From: Octopus bimaculoides
Taxonomy: Eukaryota
DNA: 64,000 nt
NCBI RefSeq assembly: GCF_001194135.2
Contig: NC_068986.1
Location: 63,903,458 to 63,967,457 of the forward strand
Direction of reading: 5' to 3'
Shown: positions 12,669 through 25,494 of the stretch, in pieces
Layout of the letters: each line of letters starts with the position of its first letter
Numbering within the stretch: the stretch's first letter is position 1
The notes under the pieces: generated by a model
Database searches by the model: none
What the model was told of the DNA's origin: nothing
Seen by the model: the letters and a program-made list of their open reading frames with translations, nothing else
Translations under genes and position numbers: made by a program

Positions 12669-14823
12669 CAAATATCTTGTTTTGTACTTAACATTTTATT
12701 AGGATTTGTTGTTTAAAACTGAGGTGACTCCGGTAATTCAATTTTCCAGTTTGTAGTTCAACCTGGCTGTGGGGGAATAGATAACTGAATATCTGGGGCA
12801 GCAATGGAAACGTTAGAGTATGCCAGAAGGAGAGCATTCTCTTACTTCTTAGCTCACAGGAGAGGCTTATAGCATATAACTGCGTCTTCTTGCCAACCTC
12901 AGTCTCACGAACCTTAGTGTATCGCAAGTTCCTGAAACCCTTTCCCATCACTTAACTGGGGAAATAGCCTTACTGTAAATAACTTGCTCTCATCAACACA
13001 TGACTCTCATTTTGAAGGTAGTAAGATAATTGATTGAAATTTACTTATTACATTGAACATGCTAAGTTCCTATACAGGAATACCTTTAGATCATGCCTAA
13101 ATATTCATCTACTTCCTGGTCATATATCTATTCAAGGCTGATTAATGATACTCAACAAGAAAGAGAACTGTTACCATTATTCTCATTTGCTTAACACTAG
13201 TGAATCCTTTTACCCTATTTCATCTTGTTAGCCTTTTATATATACACAGATTTTACTTATGTTGTGTTTTTCAAAGATTGGCTTATCAACCCAATATCCA
13301 AATTTTTCTCAGCACCGTTAGCTAACAAAACCTATTTATGTTGCTAGTTATAAAGCTGAGGTGTACCACTGGCGTAGTACTTTTTTTAGAGTTACATTAA
13401 TTTTTTTGTAGTTGAATCAAGGACTAAAGCAGTTCAGACTCCCTGAAATTGGTGGAGAGGAGATTTAAGCTGCAGCCATAAGAGACAGTACACCAAGGTT
13501 TTTGAGTTCTCTTCAGATCAAACCCATGTTTGCACCAGAGTAGACTTAGTGGTGGTGTTAAACCAAACAATGGATTTAGTCTGCTACTGAGAGAGAACTG
13601 GATTTGGTTATTGTGAGTGATGTGTCTTAGCTATAGACACAGCTCTGTGTTGGTGACAGGGTACAAAGTTAATATTTATGTTACAACAAAAATTGTTTAA
13701 GGGAAAAAATTCAGTTTTCTCACAGGTGCAAACCATTTAATTTTTTGATAGATTTATTCATCAGATATTTTAATGCACATCTCTGGTTGACAATTGTGAG
13801 CATGTAAAAAAGGCTTGATTAGACAACATTGAATTTGAGTTTATACTTTCTGGAATCTACTTCTCTATGAGTATGGTTGTTTTTTATTGTTTAAATATGC
13901 ATTTGTAATCCTAAGATATTGTTTTCCCAGGATTTTTGTAGTCACCTAGATAGCTCTTTCTTCTCTTTGTATAAGCACCTGGGTTTTCAGCATTCTGTTT
14001 TTAAAGCATTTATCTTAACTTCAACATCATATGAAAGAGATATTAATAGTAAAACAACTTTTCTAATATTTATTAGATCAGTGACTGTATGTCACTTATA
14101 AAATTATATTTTCAAACAAGTGTCTAGCAGCACCATCTCAGCCAAATAGTTATTCTGTGCCGACAAAAAGAAATAACCCTGAAACCATGCATCCACAGAT
14201 ACTGCTTTGTGCTAAACACCCCCTTTCGAAAATATAAGGACATAAATCATGTGTCGTATAGCCAGCTGGAGACGATGTCTCCTAGGGCTAAACAACAGTA
14301 GCATTTGTCCCAAGCGGTACTACCACATTAGGTTGGCAAATAATCTTAACTTCTCTAAGTGTTTCCAGTACATTTCAGTATGCTCTCTCTCTCTTTCTCA
14401 CACACTAACATACACAATACATTTCCAACTGTCTGTAATTTACAAAGTAAATTAAGAAATGCTTTTTCATTCTGAATGATTTATTTGAAACAGTTATTAG
14501 AAATCACCCTCTTGCTTTGAGGCCTCTCTGAGTAATTTATGTTAGAGATTTAATAAAACTATTAGCTTTTTGGCTGCTAATCTGAATATGTTGAGGTTGG
14601 TTGGTCGGTTGGTGGCATTGCACTGTACAGTGGTAATACTGGAAGTTTGAGGCTGGCTGGCTGACTGGCTAGTGGAAATAGTGATGTTGGTGGTGGATAG
14701 TATTGGAAACTATAAAGGAATGTCAGGGATTTTTTTATTATTAATTTTGATGTGATTTATTGTTATTGGGTTTAGTTTGTTGTCAATGGTACATGTAGTT
14801 GTTGTGGTGGAGGAGGAAGAGGA

Positions 14824-14832
14824 ATGGTGAAG
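14824..14832 (+). CDS. Candidate first coding exon (M-V-K), phase-0 donor
   Basis: ATG GTG AAG|GTAAAT at the end of a G/T-rich 5'UTR-like tract. Phase-compatible with exon 22580. Sequence-only inference. Confidence 0.25.
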
Positions 14833-16029
14833 GTAAATGTGTAAAAATTCTATGTCAGCAGCTTCATTTAATCAGTCAGTCTGTCGATCATTTAATATAA
14901 TTTCAACCCCAGTATTCAGTTGTTTATCTGTATGTATTTCTGTGAAAATATTTCTAAATATAACTCACACACACACTATAATGGAATTGATAATATTTTT
15001 GTGTCACTTAATTTTAGGTACAATATTCACTTTTGGAGTTCCCTCCAGGAAAACATTACCAAAAGACATGCATACACACATTTGTAGATATGTGTAGAAT
15101 ATTTTAACTTTAAGTGATAAGTATTCCCCTGTTAGCCATAAATATAAGAAATTATTCAATAGGGGAAACCTTAAGTTAAAGCTCCTCCGCCTACATGAAG
15201 AATCTGGTAACTCAAAAACCACCCAAATTAGCCAATGTTAACTATACATTCAGAAATAAAAAGATAAGTTCATTTATTCACTACATGGCAGTCACATGAA
15301 GCAGAGGTCAGCACCACCAAATCAAACCTTGAAGTAGTATACAAACACTTTATAAGTATGATTGTTGTACTTTAACCATATTCTCTATTTTAGATGTACA
15401 CAAAAGTGAAGTATAATGAAATTTATTACATTTGTTGATTGAAAGGAAGTTTGACTATATCAACTGAAAAATCATAACGAGACTGAGACCACTTGGAAAC
15501 ATGAAATATATGGACAGCTGAAAACATCATTCTTGAAAACCTAGCATAATTATGCTAACCTTTTAAATGCAAGATCTGAGATTTTTGCAAAAATGCAGAC
15601 ACTCTGACAAGCATTACTAGATTTCATTATCACCACTAAACAAATAACACCCACTAATTTCCCATTCAGCTAAGCAGAGTTTTCTCTTGACATCACTAAA
15701 CCTTCTGTGCAATTAGACTTAATATTTAATGTGCACATGCACAATACATTTTTTACTTCATGCAAATATGTAAGCATGTGTGCATGTGCATTTACATAGA
15801 TAAATAGACAGATAGATATAAACACATGAATGTGTATGGAGAGAGAAGTCAAAGGAATGAATGAATGTGTGTATATAAGTCAGTACCTTCATCAGATACA
15901 TAATCTATTAACTGACAGTGAAGTACTTAGCAACGTTTTTGGTTTTCTTTCTCATTATTCTCCTTTCATTCCTAATTTAATTTTCTCTTATTTTTATGTA
16001 TGTGTGTGTTAGTATTTATGTACATATAT

Positions 16030-16270
16030 ATACATATACATACATGTGTGTGTGTGCGGCACTGCATCTTGGGCAAGAATTCCGCAGTATGGCCTGAATT
16101 TGATCAATGCTCTGTGAATGGAATTTGGTACTAAAAAACTGCTGAAACCTGCCAATTTGTTTATGTTTACACTGATCTAAAAAAGCTGTTTATTTTGTAT
16201 TCCTTTATGTAATGTAAGCTAGTGGTTTAATAGATATAAATCAGTAAAATAAGCACCAGATTGAAACTAT
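16030..16270 (+). mobile_element. Decayed SINE family A fragment
   Basis: TCTTGGGCAAG...CTCTGTGAATGGAATTTGGTACTAAAAAACTG...AAAATAAGCACCAG aligns loosely to family A. Confidence 0.5.
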
Positions 16271-16374
16271 ATACTGAAGGCTATTGACTTTAAACCCTCA
16301 ATGACTGCCCTCCAGTGAAACCAGGAAAAGTATGAAAGAATATGAATGTGTGTGTGTGTGTAATATAGATCATG

Positions 16375-16705
16375 GCACTCCTTCGGTTACGACAACAAGG
16401 GTTCCAGTTGATTCAATCAACGGAACAGCTTGCTCATGAAATTAACGTACAAGTGGCTGAGCACTCCACAGACACGTGTACCCTTAATGTAGTTCTCGAG
16501 GAGATTCAGCATGATGCTGAGTGTAACAACGCTGACCCTTTGAAATACAAGTACAACAGAAACAGGAAGAAAGAGGGAGAGAAAGTTGTGGTGAAAGAAT
16601 ACAACAGGGTTTGTCACGACCCCCTGTCGGAGCCTCACAGAGCTTTAGGTGTTTTCACTCACTAAACACTCACAATGCCCTTTCTGGGAATCGAAATCGT
16701 GAATG
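16375..16705 (-). mobile_element. tRNA-derived SINE, family C (5'-truncated head)
   Basis: Contains GTGGCTGAGCACTCCACAGACACGTGTACCCTTAA and ends CTGGGAATCGAAATCG (reverse B-box). Resembles an abundant octopus SINE as I recall it. Confidence 0.75.
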
Positions 16706-16824
16706 TAATATAGGTAGGTAACTGGAGAAAGAAACAAAGGAATATGTATGCATTTTTTATCTGCTCTCTATCTACATACATATGCACACCACACACACAC
16801 ACACACACAATATCATCATCATCC

Positions 16825-17000
16825 TCAAAATTCTGTTTCCATGCTGGCTTGGGTTAGACAATTTAATAGGATTCAGGAAGCTGCAAGGCTGCATCAGCCT
16901 CCAGTGTTAGCTTTCGCATGGTTTCTACAGCTAGATGTCCTTCCTAATGTTAACCACATTACAGAGTGTACTGGGTGCTTTTCTTGTGCCACTAACACTA
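16825..17000 (-). mobile_element. RTE-type 3' tail fragment
   Basis: TTTCCATGCTGGCTTGGGTTAGAC...GGTTTCTACAGCTAGATGTCCTTCCTAATGTTAACCAC, the same family as 5140-5450. Confidence 0.6.
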
Positions 17001-17290
17001 GTAAGGTTGCCCAACAGCTTGCAAGGCAGAAAAGATCATATATATATATATAGATATATAGGTATATATATATATTTGTTTTGCATGATTTTTGATGTGA
17101 AATCGTGTGTTGAAGCAGATGTTGTTGTATTTGGGGATGGTCATATTGCTAGTTTAGCCAATAAAAACACACGCACTGTATATTTGGTGTTAATTTGCTT
17201 CAGCTTTATATTATATTACATTATGGTACAAACTTGGCAGATACGCATTTCATACCCAAATCTTCAGTGATAATAGACTGAACTGAACCG

Positions 17291-17326
<36 letters not shown>

Positions 17327-17344
17327 TTATTTATTGGCCACTTG

Positions 17345-18232
17345 TTTTAGTCACTTGACTGCAGCCATACTGGGGCACTGCCTTGGAGGGTATAGTCAAA
17401 CAAATAAATTCCAGTGCTTATTTTTCCCTTTTTTAAGCATGGTACTAAATTACAGGGATGTAAACAAAGCAACACCAAACTGTGGTGGAGAACACACACA
17501 CACACACACACACACATGCATAAACACAGTGGGCTTCTTTTACTTTCTGTCTACCAAATTCACTCACAAGGCTTTGGGCAGCTGAAGGCTATGTTGCCTG
17601 ATCGCTATGTATCTAGACTGTTGCCATAGTAATGAAGCTAAAGCATGCAGAGTGAAGCCACTTGGCACAATTTGACCTTGAACTCTACTTTACGTGCGCA
17701 CTAAGTTTTAATGTTCTAGCTCACTTCCACTGTTTTCAACAGTGCTTGGAAGGAAGGTGTGTAGCATGTGATCATCACATTGACCATGACAGACAAAGTT
17801 GAGTAGAGAATCTGCATCAAATTTTGCCAAAAGCTTGGCGATGCCAACCCAGAGGCCTACGCAAAGTTTTCAAAAAGTTTTCATCATTCTTGACACAATC
17901 AAGGAGATCTTGTGCAAGTGAAACCTAAGTGTCCTTTTGGTCAACTGAAAGCAGTTTCGGTACAAACTTGGCAGATACGCATTTCATACCCAAAGCTTCA
18001 GTGATAATGGACTGAACTGAATTGTAACTAATCTGCACATCCTCTGAGTTGAAGGTCAGTGTGCCAAATGGCTTCACTCTGCATGCTTTAGTTTTGTTAC
18101 TATGACAACAATACTTATTGATCAGACCTTGTATAGTAGAAGACTCTTACCCAAGGTGTCATACAGTCGGACTGAACTGGGAACCATGTGGATGGGAGGC
18201 AAGCTTCTTACCATACAGTTACACTTGCACCT
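17345..18232 (-). mobile_element. Family-A-like SINE split by a mariner insertion
   Basis: The 3' part (17345-17591) ends ...GAAGGCTA and the head (18132-18232) starts TATAGTAGAAGAC. Together they rebuild GGCTATAGTAGAAGAC with a duplicated TA. Confidence 0.75.
17592..18131. mobile_element. Rearranged mariner derivative (540 bp, TA target duplication)
   Basis: About 90-bp inverted ends. + strand gives MTDKVE*RICIKFCQKLGD; - strand gives EDVQISYNSVQSIITEALGMKCVSAKFVPKLLSVDQK. Both are mariner transposase motifs, in opposite orientations. Confidence 0.85.
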
Positions 18233-18534
18233 AAATATATGTGTGAAGTGTTTGTGACAATATTATGAGAAACTGAATTTTGTTTTCATTGATGCTTCAG
18301 AACATATTTTTAAGAAAAAAATGCAGTATGATAAATACACACACACACACACACACACATATTTATATAATACATCATATTTTTTCCACCATCTATTTCA
18401 TTTCTCCACTTGTTACTTTCCTTTCTCATCTCCTTCATAGGATTCCCCCTCCTGAGATCAGCCAACAAAACTTTTCTCATGTCTTCTTTGAGCTTCCTCA
18501 TCATGTCAATGTGTATGCATTGACATGATGAGAA

Positions 18535-18805
18535 ATACTGCAATAATGAAACAATACCTGGACCATACGACTTCGACAAGAAAAGTCTTGACTTTTGAGT
18601 TGACAGTGTCTTGGGAAGGACTTAAAATATGAAATACTTCAAGACTCATGTCAAGTGCATAGATAATAATGTGTGGGACTTCCATTAGAGGTGTGATTTG
18701 TGTTTGTCACTAAATCTATAATGGAACTGAATTTACAAAGCCCAATGCCATCCAGGGGAGCAGAGCAGTGATCCATGAATTGCAGTGCAAAATAGAATAT
18801 ACTTT
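18535..18805 (+). repeat. About 270-bp direct repeat, copy 1 (possible Gypsy-type RT relic)
   Basis: Near-identical to 20650-20919 with the same end points. One frame of copy 2 reads KDFKTHVKCIDDSVWD, resembling LTR RT K-C-[VI]-D-D. Confidence 0.8.
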
Positions 18806-19796
18806 CTCGTGTGTGTGTGTGTGTGCACATGTTAGTGAGGAGATAATTTTCTGGCATCATCAAGTATAGAATAACTCATTTCATGGGCTCTTTTGCCTAG
18901 AGGTGGAAAAACTCTTATAAGAAAACTTCAAAGTATGTGTATTTTGTGCTAGGTTTAGATGTATCCAAATTTGTGCCTAGGTGCACAGTAAAACTACTTG
19001 TGGTAAGGAAAACACCAAAAACAAACTTCTGTTTAGTTGTATGGTAGAAATATTTTTTGTCCCTTTGCTTAATATTGGATGTTAGATGAATATGGATACT
19101 TAGTTAAATGTATGTGATTATAACCCATTATGCTGACCAAATACCATCCTCTTTCTTTTCTTCTTTTTCTTTGACAATTGATATGTTTTGGCCCTGAGGA
19201 AGATATTATGAGAGTGGTTCTCAAATGAACTCAAATGCATTTCTGAAATAGCTGTAAGCTTAAATAAATGTATATAACCTATTACTTTGTATCTATTTTA
19301 TGTATCACTCTGTAAAAACATACCATCTTAACTGGGTAATGCAACCACGGATTTACAACTTTGACTTCGGCTTTTGACTTCAGATTGCCTGGAGTATAAT
19401 ACCAATCACAAGACTTGTTTGTTAGCCTGGCGTATTGTTATCTGTAGAAAGCTGAAGAAGTATTTCACCTGGATTAATATCCCTTATTAACCCCTCTCTT
19501 TGTTTTGTGTGTGTGTTTTTAGCCTCTTTGCTTCTTCATATCATAAGCAGTAGAGGAATCAATGCCATATGTATCACAGCTTACATATTGACAAACTACA
19601 GCCCGCTTTTTTCAACAGTTTTACTTTATTTGGGGTTGATATAGGTTGGTGTTTATGTTTGACAGTAATGCTTATCTTACCTTGAAGTGGGATAACTGAG
19701 AATTACTTTAAGCTAAATAAGCAGAGGATCTTGCCAAATTTTGGTATTGCCACTAACAATTGCAGTGTAAATAATATATGTTAACAAATGGTATAC

Positions 19797-20193
19797 AGGA
19801 GTGGCTGTGTGGTAAGTAGCTTGCTTACGAACCGCATGGTTCCGGGTTCAGCCCCTTGGGCGAGTGTTTTCTACTATAACCTCAGGCCGACCAAAGCCTT
19901 GTGAGTGGATTTGGTAGACGGAAACTGAAAGAAGCCTGTCGTATATATGTATATATTCATGTATGTGTGTGTATATGTTTGTGTGTCTAAGTTTTGCCCC
20001 CCACCCCCAACATTGCTTGACAACCGATGCTGGTGTGTTTACGTCCCCGTAACTTAGCAGTTCGGCAAAAGTGGCCGATAGAATAAGTACTAGGCTTACA
20101 AAGAATAAGTCCTGGGACCGATTTGCTCGACTAAAGGCGGTGCTCCAGCATGGCCACAATCAAATGACTGAAACAAGTAAAAGACTAAAAGAG
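19797..20193 (+). mobile_element. tRNA-derived SINE, family A (near full length)
   Basis: High similarity to 5-391, with tail GACTGAAACAAGTAAAAGACTAAAAGAG. Confidence 0.9.
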
Positions 20194-20649
20194 TACAATG
20201 TCACATGTAGTCACAGTGAACTAGACTGGCAGCAATGGGAATTTTGAGTATCCTCTCATAATTTATCTAGATTAAAGAAGGTGCTAGATAATCAGTTACT
20301 GGAAAATTGGTGTATCAGAGTATGCATTATTTGGTATTGTTTATCAGTTTGTTGGAAAACAGCAAAATTCTATACAACTTATTAAGGATGAAACCACAGG
20401 TCCTAATTAAATTAATATCATCAGAGTGTGTGGAAATAATATATATATATATATGCGTGTTTGTGTGTGTGTGTGTATGCACGCGCATATGTGTAAGTAT
20501 AAAATACACACACAGACCTGTTTTCCACAAGGCAGGCAAGAAAGTAAGTGAAGGCCATAAAACAAAGCAGCCAACAACAAGGCCTTTGAATATTGTTAAT
20601 CACTAGATGGTACAGATGGATTTGGGGAATTTGCTTCTGTCTCCAAGCC

Positions 20650-20919
20650 ATACTGCAATAATGAAACAATACCTGGACCATACGACTTCAACATGAAAAG
20701 TCTTGACTTTTAAGTTGACAGTGTCTTGAGAAGGACCTAAAATATGAAGGACTTCAAGACTCATGTCAAGTGCATAGATGATAGTGTGTGGGACTTCCAT
20801 TAGAGATGTGATTTGTATTTGTCACTAAATCTATAATGGAACTGAATTTACAAAGCCCAATGCCATCCGGGGAACAGAGCAGTGATCCATGAATTGCAGT
20901 GCAAAATAGAATATACTTT
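20650..20919 (+). repeat. About 270-bp direct repeat, copy 2
   Basis: Aligns end to end with 18535-18805 with few substitutions. Confidence 0.8.
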
Positions 20920-21247
20920 ATCACAGAATATGGCAGGTATATAATAGAAAGACTAAAATAATAAAACAAAGTAGTTATAGCATGATTGCAGTGGTTACTG
21001 CTATATCTGTTCTCAGTGTAGTGGATGCATGAATAACAGGTGGATAAAAACAAAGGCGTGCTACAGCATGGATAAAAAAAAAGTATTCGTTCATAAATGG
21101 AAACAGTGCTGTTGGAAAGAGCCAAAATTGTAGTCAGTAGTTGATGAATGGAAACTATGTAAAACAATGGATAGATCTCCACAAAGCAAACAATTATATA
21201 TATGTATGTGTGTATGATGTGCTTACATGTCATTTACTGTATACATA

Positions 21248-21518
21248 TCCCTTGAGATATTTGTTTAAGTCTTTACTGATTTTGCAATATAAGTAAGACA
21301 CTAACCCAAGAAATCTGATGTTAGTCTGATTGACAAAAAAGTGAATATTTGATTTTGTTTGAATTTATGAGATGAAGAATTATCATTATACACTAGTATA
21401 TTCAAACTAGTATCATCTTAGTTTTGGGCTTCTTCAAGTGTCTGTTGTATTCTGTAATATTTCTGAAATTTAGAATCAGACACACTATTAAATCCATGTC
21501 CCTTGAGATATTTGTTTA
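21248..21518 (+). repeat. About 250-bp unit bounded by a 20-bp direct repeat; paralogue at 27155-27403
   Basis: TCCCTTGAGATATTTGTTTA occurs at 21248 and 21499. The interior aligns to 27155-27403 (TTGCAATATAAGTAA...TTTAGAATCAGACAC..TATTAAATCCATG). Confidence 0.75.
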
Positions 21519-21679
21519 GTCTCAAATTACACACTGTCCTTTGACACTAACTATAAGAAATGCAGTGAACTGGTGATTGGCTCATTGAAAGCCTGATTCT
21601 ATATATACTTACCTTGGAAAGGCATACACTCACTACACACAATCACACATCTCACAGACCTGAGAATTTCAAATGCTCA

Positions 21680-21983
21680 TAATCTTTCCTACTTTTTTTT
21701 TTCAATTTCACATATACACAATTCCTCCCTTTTGTTTGCCTTCTCTCTTTGTTCCTTTCTTTCATCTCTATCTTTTCAGTTTTTCACATATCCCTTTATC
21801 TGTCATCCATTTACTACTTCTTTATCCTTGTCTGCCCCACCCCACTGTCTTTCCTTCTCTTTTATTCTGTTGCTTACTCTCTCTTCTTTCATATCTCTCT
21901 TTACCTTTCTTACTACCCTCTAATTCTTACTCTCTGACCTTAATCTGTGTATGTGTGTGTGTGTCACTTTTTACTCTGTTCTG

Positions 21984-22038
<55 letters not shown>

Positions 22039-22185
22039 TTCACTATTTCTCCCCTTCTTGTTCTCTTTCCTTATTATTTCCACTCTCCTTTAATCTCACT
22101 ATCTCCCACTCTACTTCCAATCATCTTCCTCCTTCAGTTGTATCTTACATTTTCACACACACACACACTCACACATGCACTCCTA
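21680..22185 (+). repeat. Long polypyrimidine / (CT)n / (CA)n tract
   Basis: About 500 bp strongly C/T-biased, with a perfect (CT)n at about 21985-22035. Confidence 0.85.
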
Positions 22186-22579
22186 CATCCACACAAATTC
22201 ATTTATTTTCTGATCCAGAACACTAGTTGCAATAGATAAGCTACAGGAGGAAATCTGGTTGTTTCTGCGGTGACCATCCAAACTGATGAAATGAAAGAAC
22301 GTCATTGTTATAGTGTAGACATGTGAGAAGGTGTTTAGTTGCATGCTGTCTCCTCCTTTATAACTGACCAAAGAAACCTCTAGTTTCTCTAGCAACCTGC
22401 TCTGGCCTCTTCCTGTCGTTTAGCAAGCTCAACTTGTTGGTTCTCCTCTTACAACTTCTAGTGGATGTGTGTTGTGAATGTCCATTAACAATATTAACAT
22501 GTGATGTAAGTAGTTCCGCGTCCTCTCTAACACCAAACTGCATTGGTTTATTGTCTTCTTCCTGTTTTGTTAACTTCAG

Positions 22580-22726
22580 CCATTGAATAGGAGACAGTTT
22601 GAACCTGTGGCAAAGGTGATCACTCGCAATATTACCAACACCCGAAACATGCCCAATAGTAGCCGTGTCCAGGCTCCACTTGCTGTCCCTGAACCGATAG
22701 AAATAGCCGATTATGGTACAGTCAAG
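22580..22726 (+). CDS. Exon (phase 0-0, 147 nt) of a Tyr-motif-rich adaptor-like gene: PLNRRQFEPVAKVITRNITNTRNMPNSSRVQAPLAVPEPIEIADYGTVK
   Basis: Acceptor TCTTCTTCCTGTTTTGTTAACTTCAG|, donor AAG|GTAAGG, open frame, joins exon 28470 in phase. Could alternatively start at the internal ATG (MPNSS). Confidence 0.7.
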
Positions 22727-25451
22727 GTAAGGTGGCAAAAACGAAAGAACGTGTACTTACACAAATGCACACACACACACACTCACTCACTCACACACAC
22801 ACACACACACATGCACGCACGCACACACACACACACACACGCACGCACACACAATCCCAAAATGACTGAGGTGTATTTAAAATTGACTTCAATAAATAGA
22901 TCGACACTTGGAAGAATCTCTGAAATTGTCACCTGGAATCGAGGAGAAAAGCAGGAGGGGCGAGAAAGATTTTTGTGCCAGGACAGCACACAGTAGGATT
23001 GTAACAGACCCAAGTTCTATATAACTCCTCTTTCCACCAAATCCTTGCTACCATATATATTGTAGCAAATCTCACATTTTTGTGTCTTTCTTCTGTACCA
23101 TTGGTAGATCTAAACATTTTTCTTACTTATATGTGGAACAGTGGAATAAATATTTAAGTTGTTGGTTTTTTTATATACAATCTGTGAGTGTGTGTGTGTG
23201 TGTTTTAAATATTAACATAGCTTTTTTACTTATTTGTGTAAAAGTGGAATGAATATTTATTCTGAATCTCTTTCAAAAATGTGTGTGTGTTTTAGCTGTT
23301 AACACAGCTTTCTTCAAATTGAGAACCTCTGCCATTACATGATGATATATATGTGTGTGTGTGTGTGTGTGTTTAAAACATCTTCCATTCCAAACAGCTG
23401 AAATGATTGGTTTGTTTGCTGAATTGTACAAAATTAATTGGAACATCATATAATTTTGCATTTGATAGCAATATTGTATACAAGTAGAAATATGTATGTG
23501 TGTGTGTGTGTATGCTCACATGTATCTCATGGAATTAAGTAGCACAAAAAAATTGTTTATTTTCTCATTCTGTGTTTTAATTTGAAAAGAAATTCCTTTC
23601 ATTATATTGAGAGAAAAAATATGATTTAAACCATTTAAGAGTATTTTTCTTAATGTTCAATAAAATGAGGCAATAGACTTTAAAATAGGGGAAAATATTC
23701 AAGAATTAGTCATGACTCACAATAACAAAGACAAAAAATCTTAAACATTTTTGTCAACAATCAACTAAGATCAAATATTTTGTCTTAGTTCCCTTTGCAA
23801 TATTCAGCCTGGTGAAATGGTGTAACCTGTCCAATTCCAATATCTAGTTTCCTAACAGTTTCTGTGAAAACTTCTCATATGTGGCTAAAAGTTAATGAAT
23901 TCTTGCATCTTGCATGATCTGTTTTTCTCTCAATATTTTGCCTTGCCCCCTATTGTTTGATTTCATTAATGTTAGATTCTATAGAGAACAAAACTTAGTC
24001 TGGTATATCTTCTTAGTGGATGTTAACTTCACCTATTTTCATTTATGTGTAGTAATGTGTATTTGTAAGAACTACATTTTCTTTGTTAGTATAAATGTTT
24101 GTTTATTAAACTTAGCGTTATAGAGTGTACTTATCTGATGGCTGAAATGTAAACAAAATTCTTCAATTTGTGTAATAAAAATAATTAAGTAAACTAACAT
24201 GAACAAAAATAAGTCAAAGTAAAACAAAATTTGAAAACAACTCTTCTATATGATTTCTTATTTATTGAACAATTAGAAATTTAAATAAAACTCTACAAAT
24301 AGTCTTTTCATTACTAATGTGAAGAATCATCTTGTCAGTTATTTAATCTGAGTGATTTTCCTATTTTGTTCAATTTGTTCAATGTAGAAACAACTTGTCT
24401 GCAACTATATGTACTTTTAAATCAACATTATCATTGTAAGCTATAAAAAAAACAGTGTTCACATTACAGCAAACTGATTTGAAGATAAAGATGTTGTTAC
24501 AGAATCTTAAGTCCAGGTGTGTTTGTGGTCAGAACTGTTTCATTTATGAGAAAGGCATTTAAGTGAACTTATCACATAATTTAGTTGTAGTTACTTTTAA
24601 GATAATCTATGGATGATATTTAAGAATTGTTCAGGTGGTGAAATAAAGAAGAAATAAAGAATGAAGGAGATAAAACTTTATATAGGTTAATACAAGATAC
24701 ACAAAATTCATCAACTATATATATATATATATACCGACACACACACACACACGTCATTGTGGAGAATAAAATGTCAGCAATTATATGCAGTGATACAAAT
24801 TGCATTTCACTTATTTGTTATATGTCAAAGCATTAAAATATTTTAGAATTAAATTTTCTTTTTTTACTAATAGAAAAATGTATTCTAATACAATTTAGGT
24901 TTTACTTATTTTTTGATATATATTTAACTTGTTATAGCTGAATTGAAAACTTTTTTTTTTTTTTGTGCAGCCTCAAATTCTGTAAATTTAGATTGATTGA
25001 AATGTTTAGTCATATAATTGAACCCCACTTCCCTTTATCTGTAGAACCACTATTTGTTGAGTCTTTTGAAAGTCAGTTTAGATGTGAATCTAACTGTTAA
25101 TCTATATATTTGTTATCTTGCATGAAGTTCTTGCATATTCTAGTTGCTGTTTGTGTTGTTCTTACTGATTAAAGTTATTGATTTCATATATTACAATAGC
25201 ACTTGATTTGTGTTAGACTGATTGATGACCTTGTATATTTTCATGATTATATCCAGTTTTAGTTTGAATTGATGGTGCATTGAATAAATTTGGTCTGCAT
25301 GTTCTTGCTAACTCTGGGCTTTTGCCATTCTTGCATGGCCAAAGCCAGCAAGCTCAATTTATTTACAGCTGTTGCAACTGCCACCAATTCTTGTTGTTCA
25401 TGCTATTGTCTATTGTCTGTCTTTCATACAGAAATACATATGTGTATATAT

Positions 25452-25494
<43 letters not shown>

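Noticed and set aside
14121-14237. Coding-looking frame LAAPSQPNSYSVPTKRNNPETMHPQ
   Set aside because: Weak acceptor and no good donor before the stop.
21673-22239. 188-aa hydrophobic ORF resembling a membrane protein
   Set aside because: It is the translation of a polypyrimidine/(CT)n tract.
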